This document shows positions 11,911 to 24,528 of a stretch of DNA of 64,000 nt, piece by piece (position 1 is the stretch's first letter; each line of letters begins with the position of its first letter). The DNA comes from Octopus sinensis (Eukaryota). The DNA is taken from assembly GCF_006345805.1 (NCBI RefSeq), contig NC_042999.1, forward strand, positions 13,578,001-13,642,000. The letters are read 5' to 3'. The position numbers and the translations under genes are program-made. The notes below the pieces were generated by a model that saw only the letters and a program-made list of their open reading frames with translations, did not search any database and was not told where the DNA came from.

Positions 11911-12307
11911 TAATAATAATAATGGTAATGATAATAAGAATAACAATAACAACAATAATCAGAATTTTCAAATTTTGATACAAAACCAGCAGTTCCAAGG
12001 GGAGTAGGTTAGTCAATTACACTGTCCTCAGTACATGACTGGTATTTTATTTTATAGACACTGGAATAATGAAAGGCAAAGTTGGCCTTGGTAGGATTTG
12101 AATTCAGATTGTAAAGATCCAGAATGGATGTTGCAGGAGATGGAATGTCAGTTAGTATTGAGATCAATTGAACGAACTTTGTTTTTTTTCTTTAAAAACC
12201 TTTCAATAAAATTCTATGGAAGTGATAACATAATTCTTCGAAACAGATTCAATTAAAAAAAAAAAAAAAGAAACAAAAGCAAGTAAAAAATCAAACTGAC
12301 ATCAGCA

Positions 12308-12376
12308 GTTGCTATAGTAACAAGGAAAGGAAGGGCATGACATTCAGACTGATATAAGTTCTGTTGTCATGGTGAC
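12308..12376. promoter_or_regulatory. Pair of RFX X-box motifs in a PDE intron
   Basis: GTTGCTATAGTAAC (12308-12321) and GTCACCATGACAAC (minus strand, 12363-12376) both fit GTHNYYATRRNAAC; they lie in non-repeat sequence. Confidence 0.45.
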
Positions 12377-13739
12377 AGGCAGAAATTTATCTATTTTTTA
12401 AGACTTCTTAGTAAAACTGAAATTAGGGCAGAGATTTTTCATTGACATGCCACCTGCAACATATCTGGTTTATCATGATGTAAGCACAGACATGGCAGTG
12501 TTGTTAAGAAGCCTGCTTCCCAACCACGTGGTTTCAGGTTCAATCCCACTGCATGGCAACTTGGGCAAACGTCTTCTACTATAGCCCCAGGCCAACCAAA
12601 ATCCATGTGAGTAGATTTGTTAGACAGAAACTGAAAGAAGCCTATTTTATATATACTTTGATTCTTATTTTTTTTATTTGGTTTGCAAGATTCTTAATAT
12701 GAATTTGTATCATCATCATCATCATCATCGTTTAACGTCCGCTTTCCATGCTAGCATGGGTTGGACGATTTTGACTGAGGGCCGGTGAACCAGATGGCTG
12801 CACCAGGCTCCAATCTTGATCTGACAGAGTTTCTACAGCTGGATGCCCTTCCTAATGCCAACCACTCCGAGAGTGTAGTGGGTGCTTTTTATGTGCCACC
12901 GGCATGGGGGCCAGTTAGGCGGCGGCGAGCTGGCAGAGACGTTAGCACCTCGGGCGAAAGGCTTAGCGGTATTTCACCTGTCGTTACGTTCTGAGTTCAA
13001 ATTCCGCCGAGGTCGACTTTGCCTTTCATCCTTTCGGGGTCGATAAATTAAGTACCAGTTATGCACTGGGGTCGATGTAATCGACTTAATACCTATGTCT
13101 GTCCTTGTTTGTCCCCTCTGTGTTTAGCCCCTTGTGGGTAATAAAGAAATAGGTACTGGCAACGGCCTCGCTCGAATCTTTTTACACATGCCACCGGCAC
13201 AGGAGCCAGTAAGGCGATTCTGGTAACCAACACGCAAGAATGGTGCCTTTTACGTGCCACCGGCACGGAAGCCAGTTAGCCGCTCTGGCAAAGATCATGC
13301 TCGGATGGTGCTCTTGGCACCCTACTAGCACGGGCACAAGTGCCAGTAAGGCGATACTGGTAACGATCACACACAAATTGTGCCTTTTATGTGCCACTGG
13401 CACATAAGCCGGTTAGCCGCTCTGTCAACGATGGTGCTCTTTGCACCCCGCTAGCATGGATGCCAGTCATCGAATTTGATTTTGATTCTATTTGCTTCAT
13501 AATTATAGGTTTTGATTCCTAATTTGGAACAGGTAACGTAACTATGTCAGAGAGCATGGAATTGAATTTAGAATAAGTGACAATCAAATAAAGATGTTGA
13601 ATTATTTAGTACCATAAGCGCAACTGCTAATTTTACTATAATATTTGCTCACTAGCAAGGCACATAACTCTGCTTGTCCCACTTCCCAGGTCTACTCTTG
13701 GCTTATGATGTGTGACAAGCATCGAACTATATTTTAAAT

Positions 13740-14368
13740 CACTGGTTCTCAACTGGGGTCCAGGCTAGTAAAGTAGAAAATTAGGGATCCAGAGAAGTAT
13801 TTTAAGGGTCCATAAAAATTTTTCATTTAGATGTGTGTATATTGTAACAGTGGAGGTGCAATGGCCCAGTGGTTAGGGTAGTGGACTCGCAGTCAGAGGA
13901 TCGCGGTTTCGATTCTCAGACTGGGCGTTGTGTGTGTTTATTGAGCAAAAACACCTAAAGCTCCACAAAGCTCCGACAGCGGGTGGTGGCAACCCCTGTT
14001 ATACTCTTTCACCCCAACTTTCTCTCACTCTTTCTTCCTGTTTCTTGGGTAACGCTGCGATGGACTGGCATCCCGTCCAGCTGGAGGGAACACATACGCC
14101 ACAGAAACCAGGAAAATGGGCCCATGAGCCTGGCTAGGCTTGAAAAGGGCGCATAAATAAAAAAAAATATTGCAACAAATATCTACATTTCTTTCTGTAA
14201 TGTTTTACATAATTCAACCTGTACTACTGAATGAGTGAATGACAAAATAGGAATTTTGAAAGAAGTATATATAAAATTAGCTTTTAAACATTGAATGGCT
14301 TTGGGGTCCAACAGAATAAAATACTAAACAAAAGGGTCCATAGGAAATGAAACAGTTGATAACAACTG
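13740..14368. mobile_element. hAT-type MITE (CACTGGTTCTCAACT...AGTTGATAACAACTG) interrupted by SINE-C
   Basis: Imperfect TIRs of CAGTGGTTCTCAAC type; same 3' end at 23051-23090. Confidence 0.7.
13850..14166 (+). mobile_element. SINE-C with V-domain-like tail and 11-bp TSD
   Basis: ATATTGTAACA (13839-13849) / ATATTGCAACA (14167-14177); poly(A) end. Confidence 0.9.
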
Positions 14369-14942
14369 CTTAAGCTTTACCTTGTCTGATAGCATAAAAG
14401 ACAAACATGTATATTAGATACACCTCAATTTCAGTAGAGCATATCCATGAACAAGATTTTTTTAATGCATTAAAACGCAACTTTGTATATAAGGCCTGAG
14501 GTGACTTCAGAATATTTTTTGAGATAACATGCCAGCGCTGCCTTGACTGGCTTCCATGCTGGTGGCATGTAAAAAGCACCAACCGATCGTGGCCATTGCT
14601 AGCCTCCCCTGGCACATGTGCCAGTGACACATAAAAGCACCCACTACACTCATGGAGTGGTTGGCGTTAGGAAGAGCATCCAGCTGTAGAAACACTGCCA
14701 GATCAGACTGGAGCCTGGTGCAGCCTCATGGCTTTCCAGACCCTGGTCGAACCGTCCAACCCATACTAACATGGAAAATGGATGTTAAACGATGATGATG
14801 ATGATGACCTGCATATTACATACCATCAAATATGGCATTTCCTCTAACCATCTATGAGATTTAATTCTTCTTGCCACTCTTCACTTTGAATAAGAGATTT
14901 CTGATATAAAATACATCAAATCAATATTTTTGATTTACTTAC

Positions 14943-15023
14943 TGTAGGAGTTCTCTTGAGTCTTCATTTGTCCAATCACAGCTTTCTTCTTGGTTTACCA
15001 GATTAAAGAACCTTGTTCGATTC
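14943..15023 (-). CDS. PDE exon: (R)NRTRFFNLVNQEESCDWTNEDSRELL(Q) (phase 2-2)
   Basis: Acceptor ttttgacctag, donor gtaagt; fills the gap between the ATDL and TACD exons in the correct phase. Confidence 0.93.
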
Positions 15024-15618
15024 CTAGGTCAAAAGAGAATCAACAAAATTATTAATAGAAATTAAATAAAGCAGATAAAAAAAAAACCCAAAAGAATTTC
15101 TTTTGAAAAATGTTTTGACATCACTTTATGTGATGGTTCAACTGTTTCTACACTAGAATAGTACAAGGATTTATATTTAATGTTTTCAAAAAAATAGGTA
15201 ATGGGTGGTGTGTACATGCACATTTCAAGAGTTATTGCTCTTTTTTCAGCACCACATCCAACTCATTAACTATCCAAATTATCTATAACGTAAATGAAGG
15301 CATGTGGCCTACTGGTTAAGGGGTTGTACTCGTGATCATAAGATTGTAGTTTCGATTCCCAGACCTGACAGTGTGTTGAGTTCGTGAACAAAGCACTTCA
15401 TTTCTCAATGTTCTGTTCCAGTCCACTCAGCCGTAAGCAGGTACACCCTGTGACAGACTGGCATTCAAGGGGAATGTTGTGATCTCAGTCTCTTATACAC
15501 CAAAGAAAGTAGTTAACTGGCCCTATGAGCCCTATCAGCCCCAGGGCATGTATCAATAATGTCCAGAAGCCGATAACAATATTACATTAGATAAAACAAA
15601 CACGTAATTGTTCTCTAA

Positions 15619-15930
15619 GACTTCCCCTCGTGTCACAGCTTTGCGATGTTCATCAACCCTTATTTTGAGGGGGCGGCATGTTTCGCCTTTGTATAACCTA
15701 CCACATCTGCATGGGATGGAGTACATACAGTCTTTGATCTTATTCTCTTCTTTTTGTGGTTTTACTTGAAGGAGATATTTGCGAAATGTTGTATTACTCT
15801 TGAATACTGTCCTGATGTGATATGGGCTGCATATATTTTGTATCTTTTCAGGGAGGCCTTTCACATAGGGTAGACAGACTGTGGACAGTTTATTGGCCTC
15901 ATCCTCTCTCTTCTTCATAATTGATATCAA
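15619..15930 (-). mobile_element. Penelope-like element fragment, GIY-YIG endonuclease region
   Basis: LPYVKGL...DCMYSIPCRCGRLYKGETCRPLKIRVDEHRK fits the PLE VYxIPCxCGxxYIGETxRxLxxRxxEH pattern; truncated. Confidence 0.85.
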
Positions 15931-16039
15931 CCGCTTTATAGGTGTTGCATTAGTGGCACAGGTTTTAATGAGGGTTTAAGTTAGTAAGGTTACCAAATAA
16001 CTTGCAAGACAAGTCCCCTTGATAGAGTTGGGGTACAAT

Positions 16040-16501
16040 AATGTTAATGTAGTTCTCAGGGAGATTCAGCCTCACACAGAATGCGACAAGACTACTCCTT
16101 CGAAACCGATAGGCATTTCAGATGATTCAATCAACGAAACAGTCTGCTTGTTAAGCTAACATGCAAGTGGCTGAGTATACCACAGACACACATAATCTTA
16201 TTGTAGTTCTCAGGGAGATTTAGCCTCACACAGAATGCGACAAGACTAGTCCTTCGAAACCGATGAGCATTTCAGATGATCCAATCAATGGAACAGCCTG
16301 CTTTAAGAATAACATGCAAGTGGCTGAGTATACCACAGACACACTCAGGGAGATTCAGCCTGACATAGAATGTGATAAGACTAGTCCTTCAAAACCGATG
16401 AGCATTTCAGATGACCAATCAATGGAACAGCCTCCTTGTGAAGCTAACGTGCAAGTGGCTGAGTATACCACAGATAGACATAATGATAATGTAGTTCTCA
16501 G
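16040..16501 (+). repeat. Three tandem ~154-bp copies of a SINE-derived segment
   Basis: CTCAGGGAGATT at 16055, 16209, 16344. Confidence 0.85.
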
Positions 16502-16722
16502 GCAGTCTTTTTACCATAACAATCATGCCTGCACCTATGATTTTAGATTATATTTTAGATCACTTTAAAACAGGGAGCTTGTAGCATAGAACCTGGATCA
16601 GTCTCAGACATGTTGGTATCAAAAATGCTCCAGCATGGCTAATTTCATATATTTCTGGATGAAAAAAAAAAAAAAGAAAAAGAAAATTCCAAAATAGAAA
16701 AATAAAATAATTTTTATTTTAC

Positions 16723-16823
16723 CGGAAATATAAAGCCAGGTCCGTGGCTAAAATGGAACCTTCAAGAACTCGGACGATATTTCGGTATTCATCTTGACTT
16801 ATATTGCTAAGGATGTCATTTCC
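16723..16823 (-). CDS. PDE exon: GNDILSNISQDEYRNIVRVLEGSILATDLALYF(R) (phase 0-2)
   Basis: Acceptor tctcctcttcag, donor gtaaaa; ILATDL motif. Confidence 0.96.
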
Positions 16824-16999
16824 CTGAAGAGGAGAATAAAAAAATTTTTTTTAAATTGATAAATTAATTGATTTAGAATTTCTAGTGATCAATACAACAA
16901 AAACAAACAAAGCAAATGTTATGAAGCCGAAGGATTCAATACCTACAAATATGTTGTAGTGCACCTGAGTTTTGTGTACACAATAAGATTACCATAAGA

Positions 17000-17386
17000 C
17001 TACTACTACTACTACAACTACCACTATTCTACTTCTACTACTATTCTACTTCTACTACTACTACTAATATTACTACTACCACTACCATCACTACTACTCC
17101 TACTACTACTACTATTCTACTACTACTACTACTATTCTACTAATATTACTACTACCACTACCACCACTACCACCACAATTCTACTACTACTACTACTAAT
17201 ACTACCACTATTCTACTACTACTAATACTACTACTACCACTACCACCACCATTATTCTACTACTCCTACTACTACTAACACCACCACCATTATTCTACTA
17301 CTACTACTACTACTACTACTAACACCACTGTTCTACTACTACTACTACTAACACCATTGTTCTTCTACTACTACTACTACTACTAG
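17000..17386 (+). repeat. (TAC/CAC)n compound triplet repeat
   Basis: Directly visible. Confidence 0.95.
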
Positions 17387-17810
17387 GGTGGTAAGCTGGC
17401 AGAATTGTTATCATGCTGGACAATTTCTAATCCTCATTTAATCAATTAGTGCTCTTTTGTTGCCCTACTGGAGCAGCTCCTGTCAAACCATCCAACCCAT
17501 GCCAGCATGGAAAACAGACACTAAACGGTGAAAGTAAATACATCCGTCTTCAGTTCAAGTCAGCGCAGATGCTTGCGTCATGTGTCTGGGTAAAATGGTG
17601 ACATTCGGTTGACATTCACTATTAACAAAATTATCCTAAAAGTCATTACTTTTGAAGTGAAGTGGAATAGCCAAAAACTGAACAAAAGTCAACTAACGAG
17701 TTCACTAATGAAGCTGAAAATCTAATTGGATTGACACCCATGAAGATGCTACAGACTGGCTTGTCGCCATCAGATAGATCTGATGCTTAGAGTAAAATTT
17801 AAATGCACAT

Positions 17811-17998
17811 AGGCGCAGGAGTGGCTGTGTGGTAAGTAGCTTGCTTACCAACCACATGGTTCCGGGTTCATTCCCACTGCGTGGCACCTTGGGCAAGTGT
17901 CTTCTACTATAGCCTTGGGCCGACCAAAGCCTTGTGGAGTGGATATGGTAGACGGAAACTGAAAGAAGTCCGTCGTATATATGCATGTATGTGTATAT

Positions 17999-18048
<50 letters not shown>

Positions 18049-18121
18049 CATATATATATATATATACATACATATATATATATATACATATTATATATAC
18101 ATACATATATATATACATACA

Positions 18122-18153
<32 letters not shown>

Positions 18154-18202
18154 CATATACATACATATATATTACATACATATATATACATACATATATA
18201 TA

Positions 18203-18279
<77 letters not shown>

Positions 18280-18556
18280 CTATATATATATATGTGTGTA
18301 TATATATATACATATATATATATACATGTGTGTGTGTATGTATATGTTTGTGTGTCTGCATTTGTCCCCCTAACATTGCTTGACAACCGATGGGTGGTGT
18401 GGTTACGTCCCCATAACTTAGCGGTTCGGCAAAAGAGACTGATAAAATAAGTACTAAGCTTCCAAAGAATAAGTCCTGGGGTCAGTTTGCTCAACTAAAG
18501 GCGGTGCTCCAGTATGGCCGTAGTCAAATGACTGAAACAAGTAAAAGAGTAAAGAG
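17811..18556 (+). mobile_element. SINE-A, full length, with ~370-bp expanded internal (TA/TACA)n
   Basis: Head at 17811, tail GTAAAAGAG. Confidence 0.9.
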
Positions 18557-18953
18557 TATATGTGCAAATGTAAATAGTCACAAATTATATAAAGATGCTC
18601 ACATTAAACTATTTAATATCCACATTAAATCTTTATTTAATATGCTAGTGGTTACCAGTTGCCTTTTTGTGTGGGAGTGTATACATATACACCCATTAAT
18701 TAGAAGCAACAAGCGGAGGGACGATGGAGGTATGATATAAAATGAGTTTCATGTGACAGCTTCGTATGATATTAATGTACAGAGAATATTAATGTGTTAA
18801 TGCTACAGGGGGAAATGATTAAGTCTATTAAGTTTGAATGCAAATTAATTTGGAATATCAAAATATAATATTCTCGGTATAAAATTATCACAAACATGCA
18901 TACAAACATATGTGAATGTGTGTTTGTATATATATGTTGATAAATATATATCC

Positions 18954-19272
18954 TCATCATCGTTTAATGTCCGCTTTCTATGCTAGCATGGGTTGGACAA
19001 TTTGAGTGAGGGCTGGCAAACCAGATGGCTGCACCAGGCTCCAATCTGATTTGGCAGAGTTTCTACAGCTGGATGCCCTTCCTAACGCCAATCGGCATGT
19101 AAAAGCACCCACTACACTCTTGGAGTGGTTGGCGTTAGGAAGGGCATCCAGCTGTAGAAACGCTGCCAAATCAGATTGGAGCCTGGTGCAGCCATCTGGT
19201 TCGCCAGCCCTCGGTCAAATCATCCAACCCATGCTAGCATGGAAAGCGGACGTTAAACGATGATGATGATGA
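18954..19272. repeat. Inverted pair of RTE 3'-end (family D) segments, ~138-bp arms, 37-nt loop
   Basis: 18954-19091 is the reverse complement of 19129-19272 with few mismatches. Confidence 0.9.
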
Positions 19273-19974
19273 TCAGTTGTGATTGTATTCAATATCGGCA
19301 CCTGTCATCCATCCTACCCATGCATGCTCAAGAACACAACACACAGCCGAGTCTGGGGACTGAACTCACTACCTCATGATTGTGAGTCCGATGCTCTAAC
19401 CACTGAGCCACGCACCATCACAAAGAAAATATTACCTTGCCTGGAAAGAGGTGAAGGTTGGTGACAGGAAAGGTATCCAGCCATAGAAAAATCTACCTCG
19501 ATAAATTCCATCTGAGCCAGGCAAGCATGGAAAAGTGGATGATGTGGGTGCTGGTTATGATGATGATGATGATGATGATAGTGGTGATGAAGATGATGGG
19601 AGATTAGCAAAATGGTTTTCTTTCAAAAAAAACAAAAAACAAAAAAAACACACAAAAAACAAACAAACAAAAACACCTGAATAGTCTAGATATTTTTTGA
19701 AAATTCAGTATTTCATTTGTTTCTGTCTGTCTGTCTGTCTCTCTTTCTCTCTCTGACATAGTGTATTGTTCATTGGTTGTGAAAATCAATGCTGTAGCAA
19801 TTACTATCACAACAGATGTAAGCATTGAATTGGGGGAATAAACAGGAGATTAACTAAGATCCAACACCAACCTGCAGCTGCGGCTTACTTTCTGTTTTAT
19901 CTGATTTAATTATCAATTATCAATTGATGGAGAGCTGGGAAGGAAATAATCCTGAATAATCCTGCTTTCTAAAT

Positions 19975-20107
19975 AAATATATATATATATGTGTGTATAT
20001 ATGTGTCTATATATGTGTGTATATGTATATATATATGCATACATATATATATATACATACATATATATACATAGACATATATATATATACATACATATAT
20101 ATACATA

Positions 20108-20146
<39 letters not shown>

Positions 20147-20164
20147 TTATATATATATATATGC

Positions 20165-20196
<32 letters not shown>

Positions 20197-20201
20197 GCAT
20201 A

Positions 20202-20235
<34 letters not shown>

Positions 20236-20369
20236 GCATTATATATATACATATATATATTATATATACATATATATGCATTATATATATATATATACAT
20301 ATATATAATATATATATACATATATATGCATATATATATATACATATATATATATATATGCATATATGC

Positions 20370-20401
<32 letters not shown>

Positions 20402-20462
20402 TATATATATATATATATATCTATATATATATATATATATATGCATATTATATATATATATA

Positions 20463-20515
<53 letters not shown>

Positions 20516-20952
20516 ATATATACATATATATATATATATTATATATATACATATGCATATATATATATATATATATATGCATATATATATATATATATAA
20601 TATATATGCATATATATATATATATATATATATGCATATATATATATAATATATATATATGCATATATATATATACATATATATACACACATATATATAC
20701 GCCCACACACACATAATATACACACACACACACACAATGAAATTAGCAAAAGAAAAAAGAAAAAAATGGCTAGCATATATTTTATCTCTATAAATATTTA
20801 AGATATATATATATATATGTGTGTGTGTATGGGTGAATCGTATACATATATGTACACAAATACACACAGAAACATACATACATATATGTATGTATCTATG
20901 TTTACAAACACACACATAAACATAAATATACATATATATGTAGGTGTTTAGG

Positions 20953-20992
<40 letters not shown>

Positions 20993-21080
20993 CATACATA
21001 TGTTTGTATGTATGTTTACACACACACATACAGAAACATACATACATATGTATGTATTTATGTTTACACACACACACATT
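19975..21080. repeat. (TA)n/(TATGCA)/(CA)n microsatellite field
   Basis: Directly visible. Confidence 0.95.
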
Positions 21081-21362
21081 TATTTATTTGTTTTGTAACA
21101 GTTTTCTCCAAGCTAGCATAGGTTGGTTGAATATAATAATTTGTAGCATTGTTTTTAGCCAGGTACCCAACTCCTGGCACCAACCCTTATCTGTTTTACA
21201 AGTAAGGGATCACTTAACTCACACAATCTTAAAAGGAAGAAGCACCTGGATGGTTTGTTCACAGGAAAAACTTAGAAGGATATCACCATCATTCTTTGAT
21301 ACAAATCCACTTAAGTTTACAGAAGGAAACTATAGCAGACACACCAGTGCACATGCACACAC

Positions 21363-21889
21363 ATCACCATCATCATTTAACATCCGTTTTCCATGCTAGC
21401 ATGGGTTGAACAGTTCGACTGGGGTCTGTGAAGCCAGGAGGCTGCACCAGGACCCAATCTGATCTGGCAGTGTTTCTACAGCTGGATGCCCTACCTAACG
21501 CCAACCACTCTGAGAGTGTAGTGGGTGCTTGTTACGTGCCACCGACACAGGGCCCAGAGGAGCTGGCATCGACCACGATCGGATGGTGCTTTTTACGTGC
21601 CACCGGCTCAAGAGTCACAACTACAATTTCCATTTGATTGTAATTTGATTTGATATTGATGTTGATGTACTTGACTCAATAGGTCTCCTCAAGCATAGCA
21701 TGTCGCCCTATGATCCAAGGTACTTTTGAGTGGGCTGGTTATGCGATGCTGGTGTAGGTTACAGTTGTGGACTCACTTTATTTGCCGGGTCTCCTTAGTT
21801 ACAGCACACCTCCAGAGGTCTCAGCCTTTTGTCATTGCCTCCGTGAGGCCCAATGTTCGAAGGTCATGCTTCACCACCTCATCCCACGT
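21363..21889 (-). mobile_element. RTE-clade LINE 3' fragment: ORF2 C-terminus + family-D 3' UTR with (GAT)n tail
   Basis: 21773-21889 reads TWDEVVKHDLRTLGLTEAMTKG*DLWRCAVTKETRQIK*, then continues into the GGAAGGGCATCCAGCTGTAGAAAC end found in about 20 copies. Confidence 0.75.
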
Positions 21890-22375
21890 AGATATGTATA
21901 TTGACATACACACACACACACAGATATATATAGATATGTATATTTGCAAAAACACACACAGATATATATGTAGACATATATATTTGCATACACACTCACA
22001 ATTAAAAGTGAGCTAACAAAAATAATCCAAAGTGGCCAGTGGCATATATTCGAACAACATATACAAAAAAATGATATGTCAAACAGCCTACAACAAAAAT
22101 TCTTCATTTATTAAAATTACCTCTGCCTCCAGAGGATTTGTCATAATTACTAAATGCCAATTATGACCAGCTGCACCTCAGAATGGAAGATAATCTCTAG
22201 ATTCAAGATTCTCTCCAAAACTAATATGCCATTAGAGAAAAGAACACGTTTATTGTCTGAAAATAAGAGGACAGTCATGGGAACATGTTTCTAGTGTTCA
22301 TCAGAACACTCTTACATGCACACACACACACATTTTACATGTAGTGGATTTTTTTTTTCATACATAGTTATATGT

Positions 22376-22545
22376 AGGCGTAGGAGTGGCTGTGTGGTAA
22401 GTAGCTTGCTTAAAAACCACATGGTTCCTGGTTCAGTCCCACTGCGTGGCACCTTGGGCAAGTGTCTTCTACTATGGCATCGGGCCAACCAAAGCCTTGT
22501 GAGTGGATTTGGTGGACGGAAACTGAAAGACGTCTGTTGTATATA

Positions 22546-22592
<47 letters not shown>

Positions 22593-22594
22593 TA

Positions 22595-22630
<36 letters not shown>

Positions 22631-22876
22631 TGTATGTATGCATGTGTGTGTATATGCTTGTGTGTCTGTTTGTCTCCCCCCCAACATCGCTAGACAACCG
22701 ATGGTGGTGTGTTTATGTCCCCGTAACTTAGCGGTTCTGCAAAAGAGACCGATAGAATAAGTACTAGGCATCCAAAGAATAAGTCCTGTGGTCGATTTGC
22801 TTGACTAAAGGTGGTGCTCCAGCATGGCCACAGTCAAATGACTGAAGCAAGTAAAAGAGTAAAATGAGTAAAGAGT
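22376..22876 (+). mobile_element. SINE-A, full length
   Basis: Family motifs. Confidence 0.9.
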
Positions 22877-23630
22877 ATAGCATGTAAAAGCATGCATTAT
22901 ACTCTGAGTGGGTTGCGTTAGGAAGGGCATCCAGCCAACATGGATGACAGATGTTAAATGATGATGGTGATGATGATGAAAAATATAACTGGATTTTCTT
23001 TAAACATCAAATGGTTACGAGGATCCAGCTGAGTGAAATAGGAATTAAAGGGGTCCATAGGTAAAAAAACAAAATGGTTGAGAACCACTGAACTACACCA
23101 TATTTTTTCCTAGCCCCAAACCCTGCCACTTGTAAAATGAGAGAAAAAAAACACGAAAACATTAGCTCTGTCCATTTCTAATCACAACCTCTACCTCCAT
23201 CACCCACACCTTGCAACTCCTCTTCCTCCTCCATCCTTCCACATCAAGATGTACCGTGAGCTAACAATATACTTAACCGTATAATTTGTCGCTAAGTATT
23301 CTGTATATTGCCTCGTTAAGTATGTTGTTAGTTTGCAGTACTAAGTGTCAAGTTCTCCAATGTGTTGACGTGAAACAATTAAGAAGCCACTCTATTCTAG
23401 AAAAGTGATGGAACTGGAAAAATCCCCAGTTTAATCCTTTCAATATCCTGTAGGAAATTAGGACATGTAGCAGGAAATTAGGAACATGTAGCAGAAAATA
23501 CAAAATATTGATTTATCCTACACCACTGCTACCGCGACCAGCACCAGCCGTCCAAGAATTTGGACCTGGAGATTTCCATTTCCAGTGACTTCGAGGGCCG
23601 CCTCCCAGTGGTGTCAGGCGTCAACGAAGA

Positions 23631-24528
23631 GCCCGTGTGTGTATGTGTTTGTGTGTCTTTGTTTGTCCTCCCAACATTGCTTGACAACTGATGCTGGTGT
23701 GTTTACATGCCCGTAACTTAGTGGTTCGGAAAAAGAGACCGATAGAATAAGTACTAGGCTTACAAAGAATAAGTCCCGGGGTTGATTTGCTCAACTAAAG
23801 GTGGTGTTCCAGCATGGCCACAATCAAATGACTGAAAGAAGTAAAAGATTATTGTCTTAGGACTGACCAAATCCTTGTAAATGGACAACCATAGTTTTTT
23901 GCTTTTTTCGCAAGGTCTGGGGTCTCCGCCCCTAAGCCCTAGACCATCATCTAATCACCCTTACCCATCCTGTTGCTTAACAACAACAACAGCACCAGCA
24001 TCACTGCCATTGCTAGCATCATTATCAAACATTCACTTTTCCATAACCACGTGGAAGAGACCAAATTCACTGAGGCAGATTTTCTCCAGCCAGGTTCCCC
24101 TCCTGTTGCCAAACCTTACCTGTTTCCAAGCAAGGAAATAATTTCCCCACAGCTAGATAGGTCTTTCAAGGAAAACTAGAAATGAACTACACTGCTTTTA
24201 CGACGGTGGTACTTGTTTACAACCATTACATGATGCCAAGAGGAAGGTATACACAGACACACACACACACACACACCAGCAACAGTCTTCCAGATCCATT
24301 TACAAGGATTTGGTCAGTCCTAAGACAATAATCTTTTACTTCTTTCAGTCATTTGATTGTGGCCATGCTGGAACACCACCTTTAGTTGAGCAAATCAACC
24401 CCAGGACTTATTCTTTGTAAGCCTAGTACTTATTCTATCGGTCTCTTTTGCCGAACCACTAAGTTACGGGGATGTAAACACACCAGTATCAAGCAATGTT
24501 GGGGGGACAAACACATACACACACGGGC
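23631..24528. repeat. Local inverted duplication (23631-23885 vs 24295-24528)
   Basis: Both arms contain the same SINE-A tail joined to ATTATTGTCTTAGGACTGACCAAATCCTTGTAAATGGA. Confidence 0.85.
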
